From: Fluviicola sp.
GTDB taxonomy: Bacteria > Bacteroidota > Bacteroidia > Flavobacteriales_D > Crocinitomicaceae
Assembly (NCBI GenBank): GCA_021300395.1
Contig: JAJTEO010000002.1
Location: 6,768 to 70,767 of the forward strand
Length of the DNA stretch: 64,000 nucleotides
Direction of reading: 5' to 3'
A model generated the notes under the pieces. The model made no database searches and was not told where the DNA came from. It saw only the letters and a list, made by a program, of their open reading frames with translations. Positions 10,016-19,800 of the stretch are shown here, in pieces; the first letter of the stretch is position 1; every line of letters starts with the position of its first letter. The position numbers and the translations under genes were made by a program.

Positions 10016-10699
10016 TTATTTAATTCCTTTCAATTTCTTATTTACTTCTTCAACTTTCTCTACTTGAGTTTTGATTTCAGTTTTCTTTTTCTCTTGATCA
10101 GCTTTGTTTTGTTCGATTTTTTTCTCAGCTTCTTCAATTTTTTTCTTATAATCTTCGATGTCTTTCTCGTATCCAACTTTATCTTTTTCTAACGATTCTT
10201 GTTCTTTTTGAAATCCTTTTAAGATTTTTTCTTGATCTTTCACTTCTTCAGCTACAAACTCTTTTGCTGAATTAATTCCAAATTCTTTTAATCTCGCAAC
10301 CATAGCTGTATATTGAACTTTATGATCAGAACTAGACATGTAAGCACCCCCTAAATCGAATGCAAAGGCAACTACTACATTCCCGTCTTTCGCACTTACA
10401 ATTTTAGCAAATCCATCAAACATTTTTTCGCCCATTTCTTTTGTTTGAGCCTGCATTGAAGAATATTCACCTTTTGAAGAATTGTATTTTCCTCCCCAAT
10501 CTTTTACCTCATCTTTAATGCGTTTTTCCATGAAATCTTCTGTAACGTGAGGAATTGTAACTAAAATAGCATTCTTGCTACCTGCATTAAATGTGCTGTT
10601 TTTTTCATCAATCTCAATGTTTTGAGAAAATGCAATAATCGAAAATAAGATGGTTGTAATAGATAATAAATACTTTTTCATTGGTAATAAATTTGTCAT
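10016..10699 (-). CDS. secreted hypothetical protein with C-terminal K/E-rich coiled coil
   Basis: Signal peptide (KKYLLSITTILFSIIAFSQN); start may be the ATG at 10681. C-terminal 80 aa are heptad-like and K/E-rich. Confidence 0.6.
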   Translation of the reverse strand: MTNLLPMKKYLLSITTILFSIIAFSQNIEIDEKNSTFNAGSKNAILVTIPHVTEDFMEKRIKDEVKDWGGKYNSSKGEYSSMQAQTKEMGEKMFDGFAKIVSAKDGNVVVAFAFDLGGAYMSSSDHKVQYTAMVARLKEFGINSAKEFVAEEVKDQEKILKGFQKEQESLEKDKVGYEKDIEDYKKKIEEAEKKIEQNKADQEKKKTEIKTQVEKVEEVNKKLKGIK

Positions 10700-10798
10700 T
10701 AATTAGTAATAAGCGTGTTTATAATTTTAAATATAGCTTTTTTTTTCAATTTCGAATACAAAGGCAAATTCTATTCCAATTTTAATTAATTTTAGACC

Positions 10799-11917
10799 AT
10801 GCAATTCAAAGACATCATTGGACAACAAGAATTAAAGCATCATTTTATTCAAAGAATACAAAATGAGAAGATAAGTCATGCCCAATTAATTCTTGGTAAG
10901 CCTGGTTATGGTGCTCTTCCGTTAGCGCTTGGATATGTTCAATATTTGTTTTGCGAAAATAAGTCAGAGACAGATAGTTGTGGGCAATGTTCTTCTTGCA
11001 AAAAAGTACAAGATTTACAGCACCCTGATTTGCATTTTTCTTTTCCTGTAGTTTTAGCAATTGACAAAAAATCAGATGCTTTTTTACCGCAATGGAGAGA
11101 ACAAGTAAAGGAAAATCCCTATTTCAATCTGACGCAATGGATCAAACGAATTGATTCTAAAGAGCGAAAACCAGTTATTGGAACGGATGAAAGTCAAGAA
11201 ATTATCAAGAAATTAAGTCTTAAGTCATACGAAGGCGGATTTAAAGTCATGATCATTTGGATGGCAGAAGAAATGAACCCGGCTTGTTCCAATAAATTAT
11301 TGAAAATTTTAGAAGAACCACCTGCTAAAACCTTGTTTTTATTAGTGTGTGAATCTCCTGAATACATTTTACCAACGATTATTTCAAGAACACAATTGGT
11401 AAAAACTCCAAGAATCAATATGACCGATTTCAGTCATTTCTTGAGAGCAAAACATTCACTAAATTCAAGTTCAGCGGATAGTTTAGCTGCTCGAACTGAT
11501 GGAGATTACATTGAAGCTCTGGAAATGTTAGGTGATCATCAAGAAGAAGATGAAAACCGTGATTTGTTTATCAAATTGATGCGTGTTTGCTATAAAAAAG
11601 ATGTACTTCCGATGATGGATTGGGCGGAAGAAGCAAGTGCACTTTCAAAAGATCGTCAAAAAGTGTTTTTACGTTATGCGTTACACATGTTTAGACAAAG
11701 TATGTTGCGTAATTATACCGAAAATCAATTAACTAGAGTTTCTGAAGAAGAAGATGCCTTTTTGAAAAACTTTGCACGTTTCATTACTGGAAACAATGTC
11801 TTTGATTTCATGGACACTTTTAATGATGCTCATTACCACATTGAACGAAATGCTCATGCAAAAATTCTATTTACGAATTTGTGCTTTAAGGTGATGCGTT
11901 TTATTCATTTTGCTTAG
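10799..11917 (+). CDS. holB: DNA polymerase III subunit delta'
   Basis: N-terminal AAA+-like fold (HAQLILGKPGYGALPLA), Zn module CGQCSSCKK, KLLKILEEPP and SRTQ motifs. Confidence 0.85.
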   Translation: MQFKDIIGQQELKHHFIQRIQNEKISHAQLILGKPGYGALPLALGYVQYLFCENKSETDSCGQCSSCKKVQDLQHPDLHFSFPVVLAIDKKSDAFLPQWREQVKENPYFNLTQWIKRIDSKERKPVIGTDESQEIIKKLSLKSYEGGFKVMIIWMAEEMNPACSNKLLKILEEPPAKTLFLLVCESPEYILPTIISRTQLVKTPRINMTDFSHFLRAKHSLNSSSADSLAARTDGDYIEALEMLGDHQEEDENRDLFIKLMRVCYKKDVLPMMDWAEEASALSKDRQKVFLRYALHMFRQSMLRNYTENQLTRVSEEEDAFLKNFARFITGNNVFDFMDTFNDAHYHIERNAHAKILFTNLCFKVMRFIHFA

Positions 11918-12011
11918 GGGGTAGTTATAAACAACTGCTCGACAAAAATCATGCTTTGGGTTTGAAAGAATCGATAAAATAAAAAAATTATATTCAGAAT
12001 AAATTAAAATC

Positions 12012-12263
12012 ATGGACAACGTATCATCTTTAATAACAATTACATTTGGAATAATAATATTAATTATAAATATCATTTTGGTGATTAATATAATGAAAGC
12101 AGGAAAGTATTCTGAATTAACATATGAATTAATTAGAAGTCATATCAATAAATTAAATGAAAAGGAAAATAGACAAAACAAAGAAGAAATAGAGAAAAAG
12201 AATTTTAATAAGAGTATTCATGATGTTTGGAATGAAATTCAGAACGAAAATGAAAATAAATAA
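12012..12263 (+). CDS. small single-pass membrane protein with K/E/N-rich tail (hypothetical)
   Basis: 83 aa. The hydrophobic segment ITITFGIIILIINIILVINI is followed by a charged tail. First ORF of the AT-rich insert. Confidence 0.4.
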   Translation: MDNVSSLITITFGIIILIINIILVINIMKAGKYSELTYELIRSHINKLNEKENRQNKEEIEKKNFNKSIHDVWNEIQNENENK

Positions 12264-12310
12264 TGTCAATTGATAACAGTTGTTATGCAACAAAACGTTA
12301 TGTATTATAA

Positions 12311-13348
12311 ATGATGAAACCAATTATTCAAGATTTTAATACTTCAGAAAACTCAGTTACTTCTACTCTAAGGACTATTGTTCTTTTCGGAAGAAATGTT
12401 TCTACTTATAAGTTTGCTTTAGCTTCTACACTTCTCAAATTAAAACCTAAAAACTTTATCACTTATGAAGAATTGAGGGATGAATTTTTAAACTCATTAT
12501 TAACCCACTATAAAAAGAATCCTCATCAATATCAAGCAGGTGAAAACAGTCTTACAAGAGCTTTCGACAAATATATGCTCGATGGTAATTGGAACGATTT
12601 ATTGATAAGTGCAGAAAAGAATATATACAATAATGTTTTTGATGCATTCCATAATGTAGGCGGTGGTTCAATTAAAAAAGAACATCTCCTTTTTGAGCAT
12701 TTACCTCATGAGAAAAAACTTGTTTTAACTGATAATATCAATGAATTACTAGAACAACGGAATTATTTAGAAGTATTGAAGAATGAGAATGAAAGTCGTT
12801 GGATGATTGTTGAAGAAGCTTGGAAGAATAATTTGTCTCCAAATTTTTTAGTTTACAATCAATCTACTAATGAATTTATATCCGTTTCATCAACAGATAG
12901 AATTAATCTTCGAAGTGCTGTTTCAGTTCTACTACCATATCAACATGGTTGTTGCTTTTATTGTAAAAAGAAAATCAATCCTTACGCAAATTCAGAAGAT
13001 TCAGATTTTCCTGATGTTGATCACTTCATTGCTCACTCGTATTTTAAACGACCCGAATTAATACATATAAATCCAGATGGTGTTTGGAATCTTGTAATTG
13101 CTTGTAAAGAATGTAATCGAGGTATAGGTGGTAAATTTGATAGAATACCCGATCTATATTATCAAAGTGAAATTATTAATCGAAATCTTCTATTTACTGA
13201 AGAACACCGTCACTCACTAAAAAATTCAATCCTGCTTAGTTTAAATGCCCAAAACCACAATGAAGTTCTAAGAAGAATGTATTCTCTATTTGATAAATTC
13301 AAAATAATTGAAGGCTGGAAACCACTTATAATTTATAACTATGAATAA
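12311..13348 (+). CDS. HNH endonuclease with unassigned ~210-aa N-terminal domain
   Basis: C-terminal HNH signature: CCFYCKKK (CxxC) ... DVDHFIAHS ... WNLVIACKECNRGIGGK. I cannot place the N-terminal part (STYKFALASTLLKL helix) in any family. Confidence 0.8.
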   Translation: MMKPIIQDFNTSENSVTSTLRTIVLFGRNVSTYKFALASTLLKLKPKNFITYEELRDEFLNSLLTHYKKNPHQYQAGENSLTRAFDKYMLDGNWNDLLISAEKNIYNNVFDAFHNVGGGSIKKEHLLFEHLPHEKKLVLTDNINELLEQRNYLEVLKNENESRWMIVEEAWKNNLSPNFLVYNQSTNEFISVSSTDRINLRSAVSVLLPYQHGCCFYCKKKINPYANSEDSDFPDVDHFIAHSYFKRPELIHINPDGVWNLVIACKECNRGIGGKFDRIPDLYYQSEIINRNLLFTEEHRHSLKNSILLSLNAQNHNEVLRRMYSLFDKFKIIEGWKPLIIYNYE

Positions 13349-13709
13349 TCCATTTAAATCAATTCCTGAATCAAGAATATTATCTGAATCAGAAGATTTT
13401 TTAATAATAAAAGACATTTTCCCTGTATCACCGGGACACATACTTATCATATCAAAGCGTGAAGTAACTGACTTTTTTGCATTAACCGATTCGGAAAGAA
13501 ACCAACTAAATAAAAGCATTCTAATCGCAAAATCATTAATTGAATTGGAATATAAACCGAATGGTTATAATATTGGTATGAATTGCGGTGAAGCTGCAGG
13601 ACAAACAGTGTTTCATTTTCATTGTCATGTTATTCCAAGATATATTGGGGATATGGAGAATCCCAGAGGAGGTGTAAGACATTGTGTTGAAGGTAAAGGA
13701 AATTATTAA
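13341..13709 (+). CDS. HIT (histidine triad) family hydrolase
   Basis: PGHILIISKRE, GYNIGMNCGEAAGQTV and the triad HFHCHVIPR. The ATG overlaps the HNH stop by 8 nt (ATGAATAA). Confidence 0.85.
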   Translation: MNNPFKSIPESRILSESEDFLIIKDIFPVSPGHILIISKREVTDFFALTDSERNQLNKSILIAKSLIELEYKPNGYNIGMNCGEAAGQTVFHFHCHVIPRYIGDMENPRGGVRHCVEGKGNY

Positions 13710-13854
13710 TAACAAACCTTAAAAGCATGTAAGAAGAATTATCCGAGTATTAGCTTACATTAAAACCGTTAATTAAACCATCCCATTTCTATTTAAACTC
13801 ATTCTAAATTGACCTTTATGACAATCAAATGACATTTCTTTTTGATCTGTAGAT

Positions 13855-13862
13855 TAAATTTG
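13855..13862 (+). promoter_or_regulatory. candidate -7 promoter box (TAAATTTG) for hemA operon
   Basis: TAnnTTTG match 18 nt upstream of the hemA ATG. Confidence 0.35.
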
Positions 13863-13879
13863 TGTTAAAATAGGATAAA

Positions 13880-15106
13880 ATGCTCAACAACTTTCATAGT
13901 ATTGCGTTTACCCACAGGAACTTAGATGTTTCAGACATTGGTAAACTTCATATCGAAGAAGCAAAACAACAGGAGCGATTATTGGCGTTGAAAGAGGAAT
14001 TACACTTAGATGAACTAATGTTTTTGTCTACTTGTAACCGTGTTGAATTCTTATTTTGTACTACCGAAACAACTAATTTTGACTTTTTAGTTCAATTTTT
14101 TCATACACTTTACCCAGATTTTACAACAGAAACGGTTCATCTTTTTGCTGAAAAATCAGCTGTTTTTGTTGGTATTGAGGCTGTTGAACATTTATTGTGT
14201 GTTGCCTCTTCTATCGATTCAATGGTAATTGGTGAAAGAGAAATCATTACGCAAGTTAGAAATGCGTTCGAGCAATCTAAAAAAATGGGATTGACTGGTG
14301 ATTTCATTCGTTTGGTATTACGTCAAACAATTGAGACTGCTAAAAAAGTGTATACTGAAACAAGTATTGCTACAAAACCAGTATCTGTTGTTTCTTTAGC
14401 TTATCACCGTTTACGTGACATGAATATTCCAATGTCTGCTCGTATTTTGATTATTGGAGCTGGAACGACAAATACCAATATGGGTCGTTTCTTACGTAAA
14501 CATGGATTTAAAAATTTCGTTGTTTTCAATAGAACTTTATCTAAAGCTGAATCATTAGCGAAAGACTTAAAAGGTAATGCATATCCATTAACAGATTTAG
14601 CAACTTATTCAGATGGTTTTGATGTCATCATCACTTGTACAGGTTCTGATACACATATTATTACTCCAGAAATTTATTCTCAATTATTACAAGGAGAAAA
14701 AGATCGTAAAGTTGTTATCGACATCGCTTTACCGCAAGATTTACACCCTTCAATTGTTGAACATGAAGTTGTAACACATATTTCTGTGGAAGCGCTTCAA
14801 AAAATTTCGAATGCGAATTTAAAAGAACGTTCGAAAGAAATTCAACATGTGGAAGAAATCATCAACGAAGCAATTTTTGAATTTAAACACATTCATAAAA
14901 TTCGTTCAGTTGAATTAGCAATGAGAGAAGTTCCTCAAAAAGTGAAAGAAATTAGAGAAACTGCTGTCAACGAAGTTTTCAAAAATGAATATGAATTATT
15001 AGACGATAATTCAAGAGAAATATTGGATAAAATAATCGGCTACATGGAAAAGAAATACATGAGCGGACCAATGATTTTAGCTAAAGAAATACTATTAAAA
15101 AAATAA
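13880..15106 (+). CDS. hemA: glutamyl-tRNA reductase
   Basis: STCNRVEF active-site Cys motif, GEREIITQV, Rossmann IIGAGTTN. Followed by hemC and hemD. Confidence 0.92.
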   Translation: MLNNFHSIAFTHRNLDVSDIGKLHIEEAKQQERLLALKEELHLDELMFLSTCNRVEFLFCTTETTNFDFLVQFFHTLYPDFTTETVHLFAEKSAVFVGIEAVEHLLCVASSIDSMVIGEREIITQVRNAFEQSKKMGLTGDFIRLVLRQTIETAKKVYTETSIATKPVSVVSLAYHRLRDMNIPMSARILIIGAGTTNTNMGRFLRKHGFKNFVVFNRTLSKAESLAKDLKGNAYPLTDLATYSDGFDVIITCTGSDTHIITPEIYSQLLQGEKDRKVVIDIALPQDLHPSIVEHEVVTHISVEALQKISNANLKERSKEIQHVEEIINEAIFEFKHIHKIRSVELAMREVPQKVKEIRETAVNEVFKNEYELLDDNSREILDKIIGYMEKKYMSGPMILAKEILLKK

Positions 15107-15112
15107 AATACT

Positions 15113-16015
15113 ATGCAACACATTGTAATCGGATCAAGAGGAAGTGATTTAGCTTTATGGCAAGCAAATCATGTTAAAAGACAATTGGAAGATTTAGGTT
15201 GCACAGTAGAAATAAAAATTATCATTACACAAGGTGATGCTATTCAAAATTTAAGTTTCGATAAATTAGAAGGAAAAGGATTTTTCACGAAAGAAATCGA
15301 AAAAGAATTATTGGAAAAAACGATTGACCTTGCTGTTCACTCTCATAAAGATTTAGAAACAAATTCTCCTGAAGGATTAATCATTGCATGTGTTTCAGAA
15401 AGAGAAGATCCATCTGATTTATTGTTAATCGCTAAATCAGCAGTTGATACAAATTCTCAATGGAACTTAAAACAAAATGCAATTGTTGGTACTTCTTCAG
15501 CAAGAAGAAAATCACAAGTTGTTCGTTTCAGAGAAGATGTTGAAATCAAAGATTTAAGAGGAAATGTTCCAACTCGTATTCAAAAATTACGTGATGGAAA
15601 CTACGATGCAATTCTTTTAGCGAAAGCTGGTGTTGATCGTTTACAAATTGATTTGTCTGAATTTGAAGTTGTTGTATTAAATCCAAAAGCGTTTGTTCCT
15701 GCTCCAGCTCAAGGAGTTTTAGGTTTACAAATTCGTGAAGAAGATACCGCTTTGTTTGATATTCTTCAAAAAATGAATCATCCTGAAATTCAAGAGCAAA
15801 TTGCTGTTGAACGTAAAGTGTTGAATTTATTAGAGGGTGGATGTCAATTGCCATTAGGTGTTTACTGCGATGAAAATCATACCGTATATGTTTCTCATTC
15901 TGAAGATTGGACAACTGGAGCTGCGTGGTATGAATATCAAGCAGAAGAATTAGAAGGTTTAGCAGAATTAATCGTAGAAGATTTAACTTCACCTTTGGAA
16001 GACGAAGAACTTTAA
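15113..16015 (+). CDS. hemC: hydroxymethylbilane synthase (porphobilinogen deaminase)
   Basis: IGSRGSDLALWQA, GTSSARRKSQ, RGNVPTRIQKL and GGCQLPLG cofactor-Cys motifs. Confidence 0.93.
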   Translation: MQHIVIGSRGSDLALWQANHVKRQLEDLGCTVEIKIIITQGDAIQNLSFDKLEGKGFFTKEIEKELLEKTIDLAVHSHKDLETNSPEGLIIACVSEREDPSDLLLIAKSAVDTNSQWNLKQNAIVGTSSARRKSQVVRFREDVEIKDLRGNVPTRIQKLRDGNYDAILLAKAGVDRLQIDLSEFEVVVLNPKAFVPAPAQGVLGLQIREEDTALFDILQKMNHPEIQEQIAVERKVLNLLEGGCQLPLGVYCDENHTVYVSHSEDWTTGAAWYEYQAEELEGLAELIVEDLTSPLEDEEL

Positions 16016-16026
16016 AACGTAAGTTC

Positions 16027-16689
16027 TTGTCCAAAAAGCTTTTCATATCAAAACCTATTATTGAAGTTCAAGAACTAGTTGAATTTTGCAAGGAAAATGA
16101 TTTTGAATTAGTTGCCCATTCTTTTTTATCGTTCAAAGCGATTCCTTTTGAATTTCCTGTTGAAACAGATGTTGTTTTTTTCGGCAGCAAAAGAGGTGTT
16201 GAATATTTTATTGATCAACAATCAATACCTGAAAATATTGAAATTGCATGTGTCGGAAATGGAACGGCAAATTATTTAAAATCTAAAGGTTATAATCCAT
16301 CTTTTATCGGAGAAAAATCAGGGAAAATTGATTCTGTTGCTGTAGATTTTAAAACTTGGTTAGGTGATAGAAAAGTTGTTTTTGGTCAAGCGAAAGATTC
16401 TAATCGTTCTATTTCTAGTGTTATTAATTCTTCAAATTCAACTGAAATTTCTGTTTACGAAACCATCATCAATTCTGCTACAATTGTAGAAAGTGACATC
16501 TATGTTTTTACGAGTCCTTCCAATTTGGATGGCTTTTTACTTGAGAATTGTATAGCAGAAAATTCAATCATTATCGCTTGGGGTGATACAACTGAAAAAC
16601 ATTTGATTAAAAATGGTTTTATTGTTCACCATAAATTAAAAAATTCATCTATTTCGGAATTACTTGAAATCTTACATTGTTTAAGATAA
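16027..16689 (+). CDS. hemD: uroporphyrinogen-III synthase
   Basis: 220 aa, position after hemC, HEM4-like pattern (VFTSPSN, CVGNGTA). TTG start as listed; no nearby ATG. Confidence 0.7.
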   Translation: MSKKLFISKPIIEVQELVEFCKENDFELVAHSFLSFKAIPFEFPVETDVVFFGSKRGVEYFIDQQSIPENIEIACVGNGTANYLKSKGYNPSFIGEKSGKIDSVAVDFKTWLGDRKVVFGQAKDSNRSISSVINSSNSTEISVYETIINSATIVESDIYVFTSPSNLDGFLLENCIAENSIIIAWGDTTEKHLIKNGFIVHHKLKNSSISELLEILHCLR

Positions 16690-16764
16690 AACATCGTTTT
16701 GTAAAATTTTAATAAACACGTAATTCTACTTATTTTCTATAATTATTGGCGTAATCAAACTTTA

Positions 16765-16800
16765 TAATTTTGTAATAATGTGGATTTTATGTTAAATTTG
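16765..16800 (+). promoter_or_regulatory. two candidate -7 boxes (TAATTTTG at 16765, TAAATTTG at 16793) upstream of the adhesin gene
   Basis: Both match TAnnTTTG. The second is 22 nt upstream of the ATG at 16823. Confidence 0.35.
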
Positions 16801-16822
16801 AGCAACTTAAAAAACACTGTTT

Positions 16823-19800
16823 ATGAAAAAAGGATTACTGAAATGGTCTTTTTTGGTTTTTTCAATGCTTGTAAGTTTTGCATATAATGCGCAAAATTTT
16901 GTCTTGACAATGCCAAATACCGACACAACCAATTGCAATGGTATTGCAAAAATCGACACCACTATTTTTCAATCAACTAACTGGTACTGGACAAATAGTT
17001 CTTCAAACGTTCTTCAACAAGGAGGAAATCAATTAAACAATTTATGTGCTGGAACTTATATGTTAAAGTATAATGATTCAACTAACACGTTGAATACATA
17101 TACATTTAATATCGTTTTTTCTGCAAATAACCAAAACAATTGTGCCTCATTAAACGGTACTTTCATAGTAAAGGCACACAACCCAAACCAAAGTGCAAAC
17201 TGTAATGGTGGTGCAGCAATTAATGCTTACGGTGGTACTGCACCTTACAATTTCCAATGGTCTAATACTGCTGGTGGAGCAACAATATCAACAAATGATT
17301 CGATTTTTGATGTTTGTTCTGGTAACTACTTCGTGAAAATTACAGATGCAAATAACTGTTTCAAAGATATTTCAATGTTTGTGCCTCAAGATACAAGCAC
17401 TTCTACAAACAACTGTTCTTCTTTGAATGGTAACTTCACTGTTAAACCACACAACCCAAACCAAAGTGCAAACTGTAACGGTGGAGCAACTATTAATGCT
17501 TACGGAGGAACTGCACCTTATTCTTTCCAATGGTCTAATACACAAGCAGGAGGAAATGTTATTACTACGAACGATTCTTTATTCAATGTTTGTTCTGGTA
17601 CTTACTTCGTGAAAATTACAGATGCAAATAACTGTTTCAAAGATATTTCTATGTTTGTGCCTCAAGATACAAGTTCATCTACAAACAACTGTTCTTCTTT
17701 GAATGGTAACTTCACTGTTAAACCGCATAACCCAAACCAAAGTGCAAACTGCAACGGTGGAGCAACTATTAATGCTTACGGAGGAACTGCACCTTATTCT
17801 TTCCAATGGTCTAATACGCAAGCAGGAGGAAATGTTATTACTACAAACGATTCATTATTCAATGTATGTTCCGGTACTTACTTCGTGAAAATTACAGATG
17901 CAAATAACTGTTTTAGAGATATTTCAATGTTTGTGCCGCAAGATTCTAGTTCAAACCAAAATAATAATTGCGCTAACTTTAGTGCTTATATCAGCAATTT
18001 AATAGCATGTACTGATTCAACAGATTGTAACGGTACAATTGATGTGACAGCAAATGGTGGACAAGCTCCATATAACTATTCTTGGTCTACTGCTTCTTTT
18101 GGAAATGTTCCTCAAGCACTTAACGTTTGTGCAGGTAATTATAATATAACAGTTACTGATTCAAATGGATGTTATGTTAACTTAAACGCATTTGTTCCTT
18201 ACGCAGATTCTACTTCAAATAACAATTGTGTTACATTGAATGGAAATTATGTTGTTAAACCACATAATCCAAATCAAAGTGCAAACTGTAACGGTGGGGC
18301 AACTATTAATGCTTACGGTGGAACTGCACCATATTCTTTCCAATGGTCAAACACTCAAGCAGGAGGAAATGTTATTACTACAAATGATTCATTGTTAAAT
18401 GTTTGTTCAGGAACATACTTCGTGAAAATTACGGATGCAAATAACTGTTTCAAAGATATTTCAATGTTTATTCCACAAGATACAAGTACAACAAATAATA
18501 ATCCATGTTCTAATTTTACAGCTAACTTAAATGTTATTCCTGTAACGGATTCTGTTAACTGTAATGGTGGATTAAATGTTGTTACAAATGGAGGATCTAT
18601 GCCTTTCAATTTTACTTGGACGAATGCAACTTCAAATGGACCACAAGTAAATAATTTATGTTCTGGAAATTATTCGGTTACTGTTGTTGATGCAAATAAC
18701 TGCACATTAACTTTAACAGCATTTGTACCATTTAATAACTCAAACAATAATCCATGCGCTAACTTTAATGCGAATGTGAATACAGTTGTTCCTGCTTCAG
18801 ATTCTGTAAACTGTAATGGGATGGTTAACATTCTTACAAATGGAGGTTTAACACCTTACACGTTTAATTGGTCACAATCATCTACTTTAAATTCGCCTCA
18901 AGCAAACAATTTATGTCCTGGAAACTACACTGTGATCGTTACTGATGCAAATAATTGTAATGATACATTAAATGTTGTTGTTCAATATAGCGATTCAACA
19001 GTTGTTAATCCTTGTTCTAATTTTACTGCTAATTTACAAATCTTCCCAACTACAGATTCTACAAGTTGTAATGGTGGATTAAATGTATTCACTAATGGTG
19101 GAGTGGCTCCATTTAATTTCTCATGGTCAAATGCAGGTGTTAATACTCCAAATGCAAATAACTTATGTATTGGTAATTACACTGTAACAGTTGTAGACGC
19201 GAATGCTTGTACAGTTACATTAAATGGATATGTTCCATTCTCAATGAACCCATGTGCTAACTCTACGTTACAAGTTGCTTTAACTTCAACGAATGTTACA
19301 GCAAATCCTTGTAATGGTTCAATAACATCAACTGTTAACGGAGGAATTGGACAGTATTACTATTTATGGAATACAGGTGCTACTTCAACTTCTTTAAATT
19401 CAGTTTGTCAAGGAATGTACTCTTTAACTGTTAAGGACAGTTTAGGTTGTCAAAGAGCTACTTCTATTTATGTTGGTCAAGCTATTGATTCTACTATGGC
19501 TTTGAATGCATATGTAATACCAACTGGAATTACTCAAGCAGGAATTTGTGATGGTAGTGCATCAGTGGTTGCTTTTGGTGGTGTTACTCCATATTCATAC
19601 GCATTTGATAATGGAACTTCAAATCAAACAGCAACTGGTTTATGTTCAGGATTACAAAATGTAACTGTAACAGATGCTGCTGGTTCTTCAATTACATTAA
19701 ACTTTATTATCTCATCACCACAGAATGTAATTGTAAACACTACATACCAAGATTCAACAGTTGTAGATAGTTTATATAACCCAGCAGTTTCAAACTGTAC

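Noticed and set aside
11926-12285. Short inverted repeat (ATAAACAACTG at about 11930 and CAGTTGTTAT at about 12276) flanking the 83-aa ORF, possibly MITE/IS ends
   Set aside because: It is only about 10 nt with an indel in AT-rich DNA. There are no target-site duplications and no transposase. It is within chance expectation.
12870-13061. 63-aa ORF nested in the HNH gene in another frame
   Set aside because: It lies entirely inside a better-supported frame carrying the HNH motifs, and its translation is low-complexity. It is spurious.
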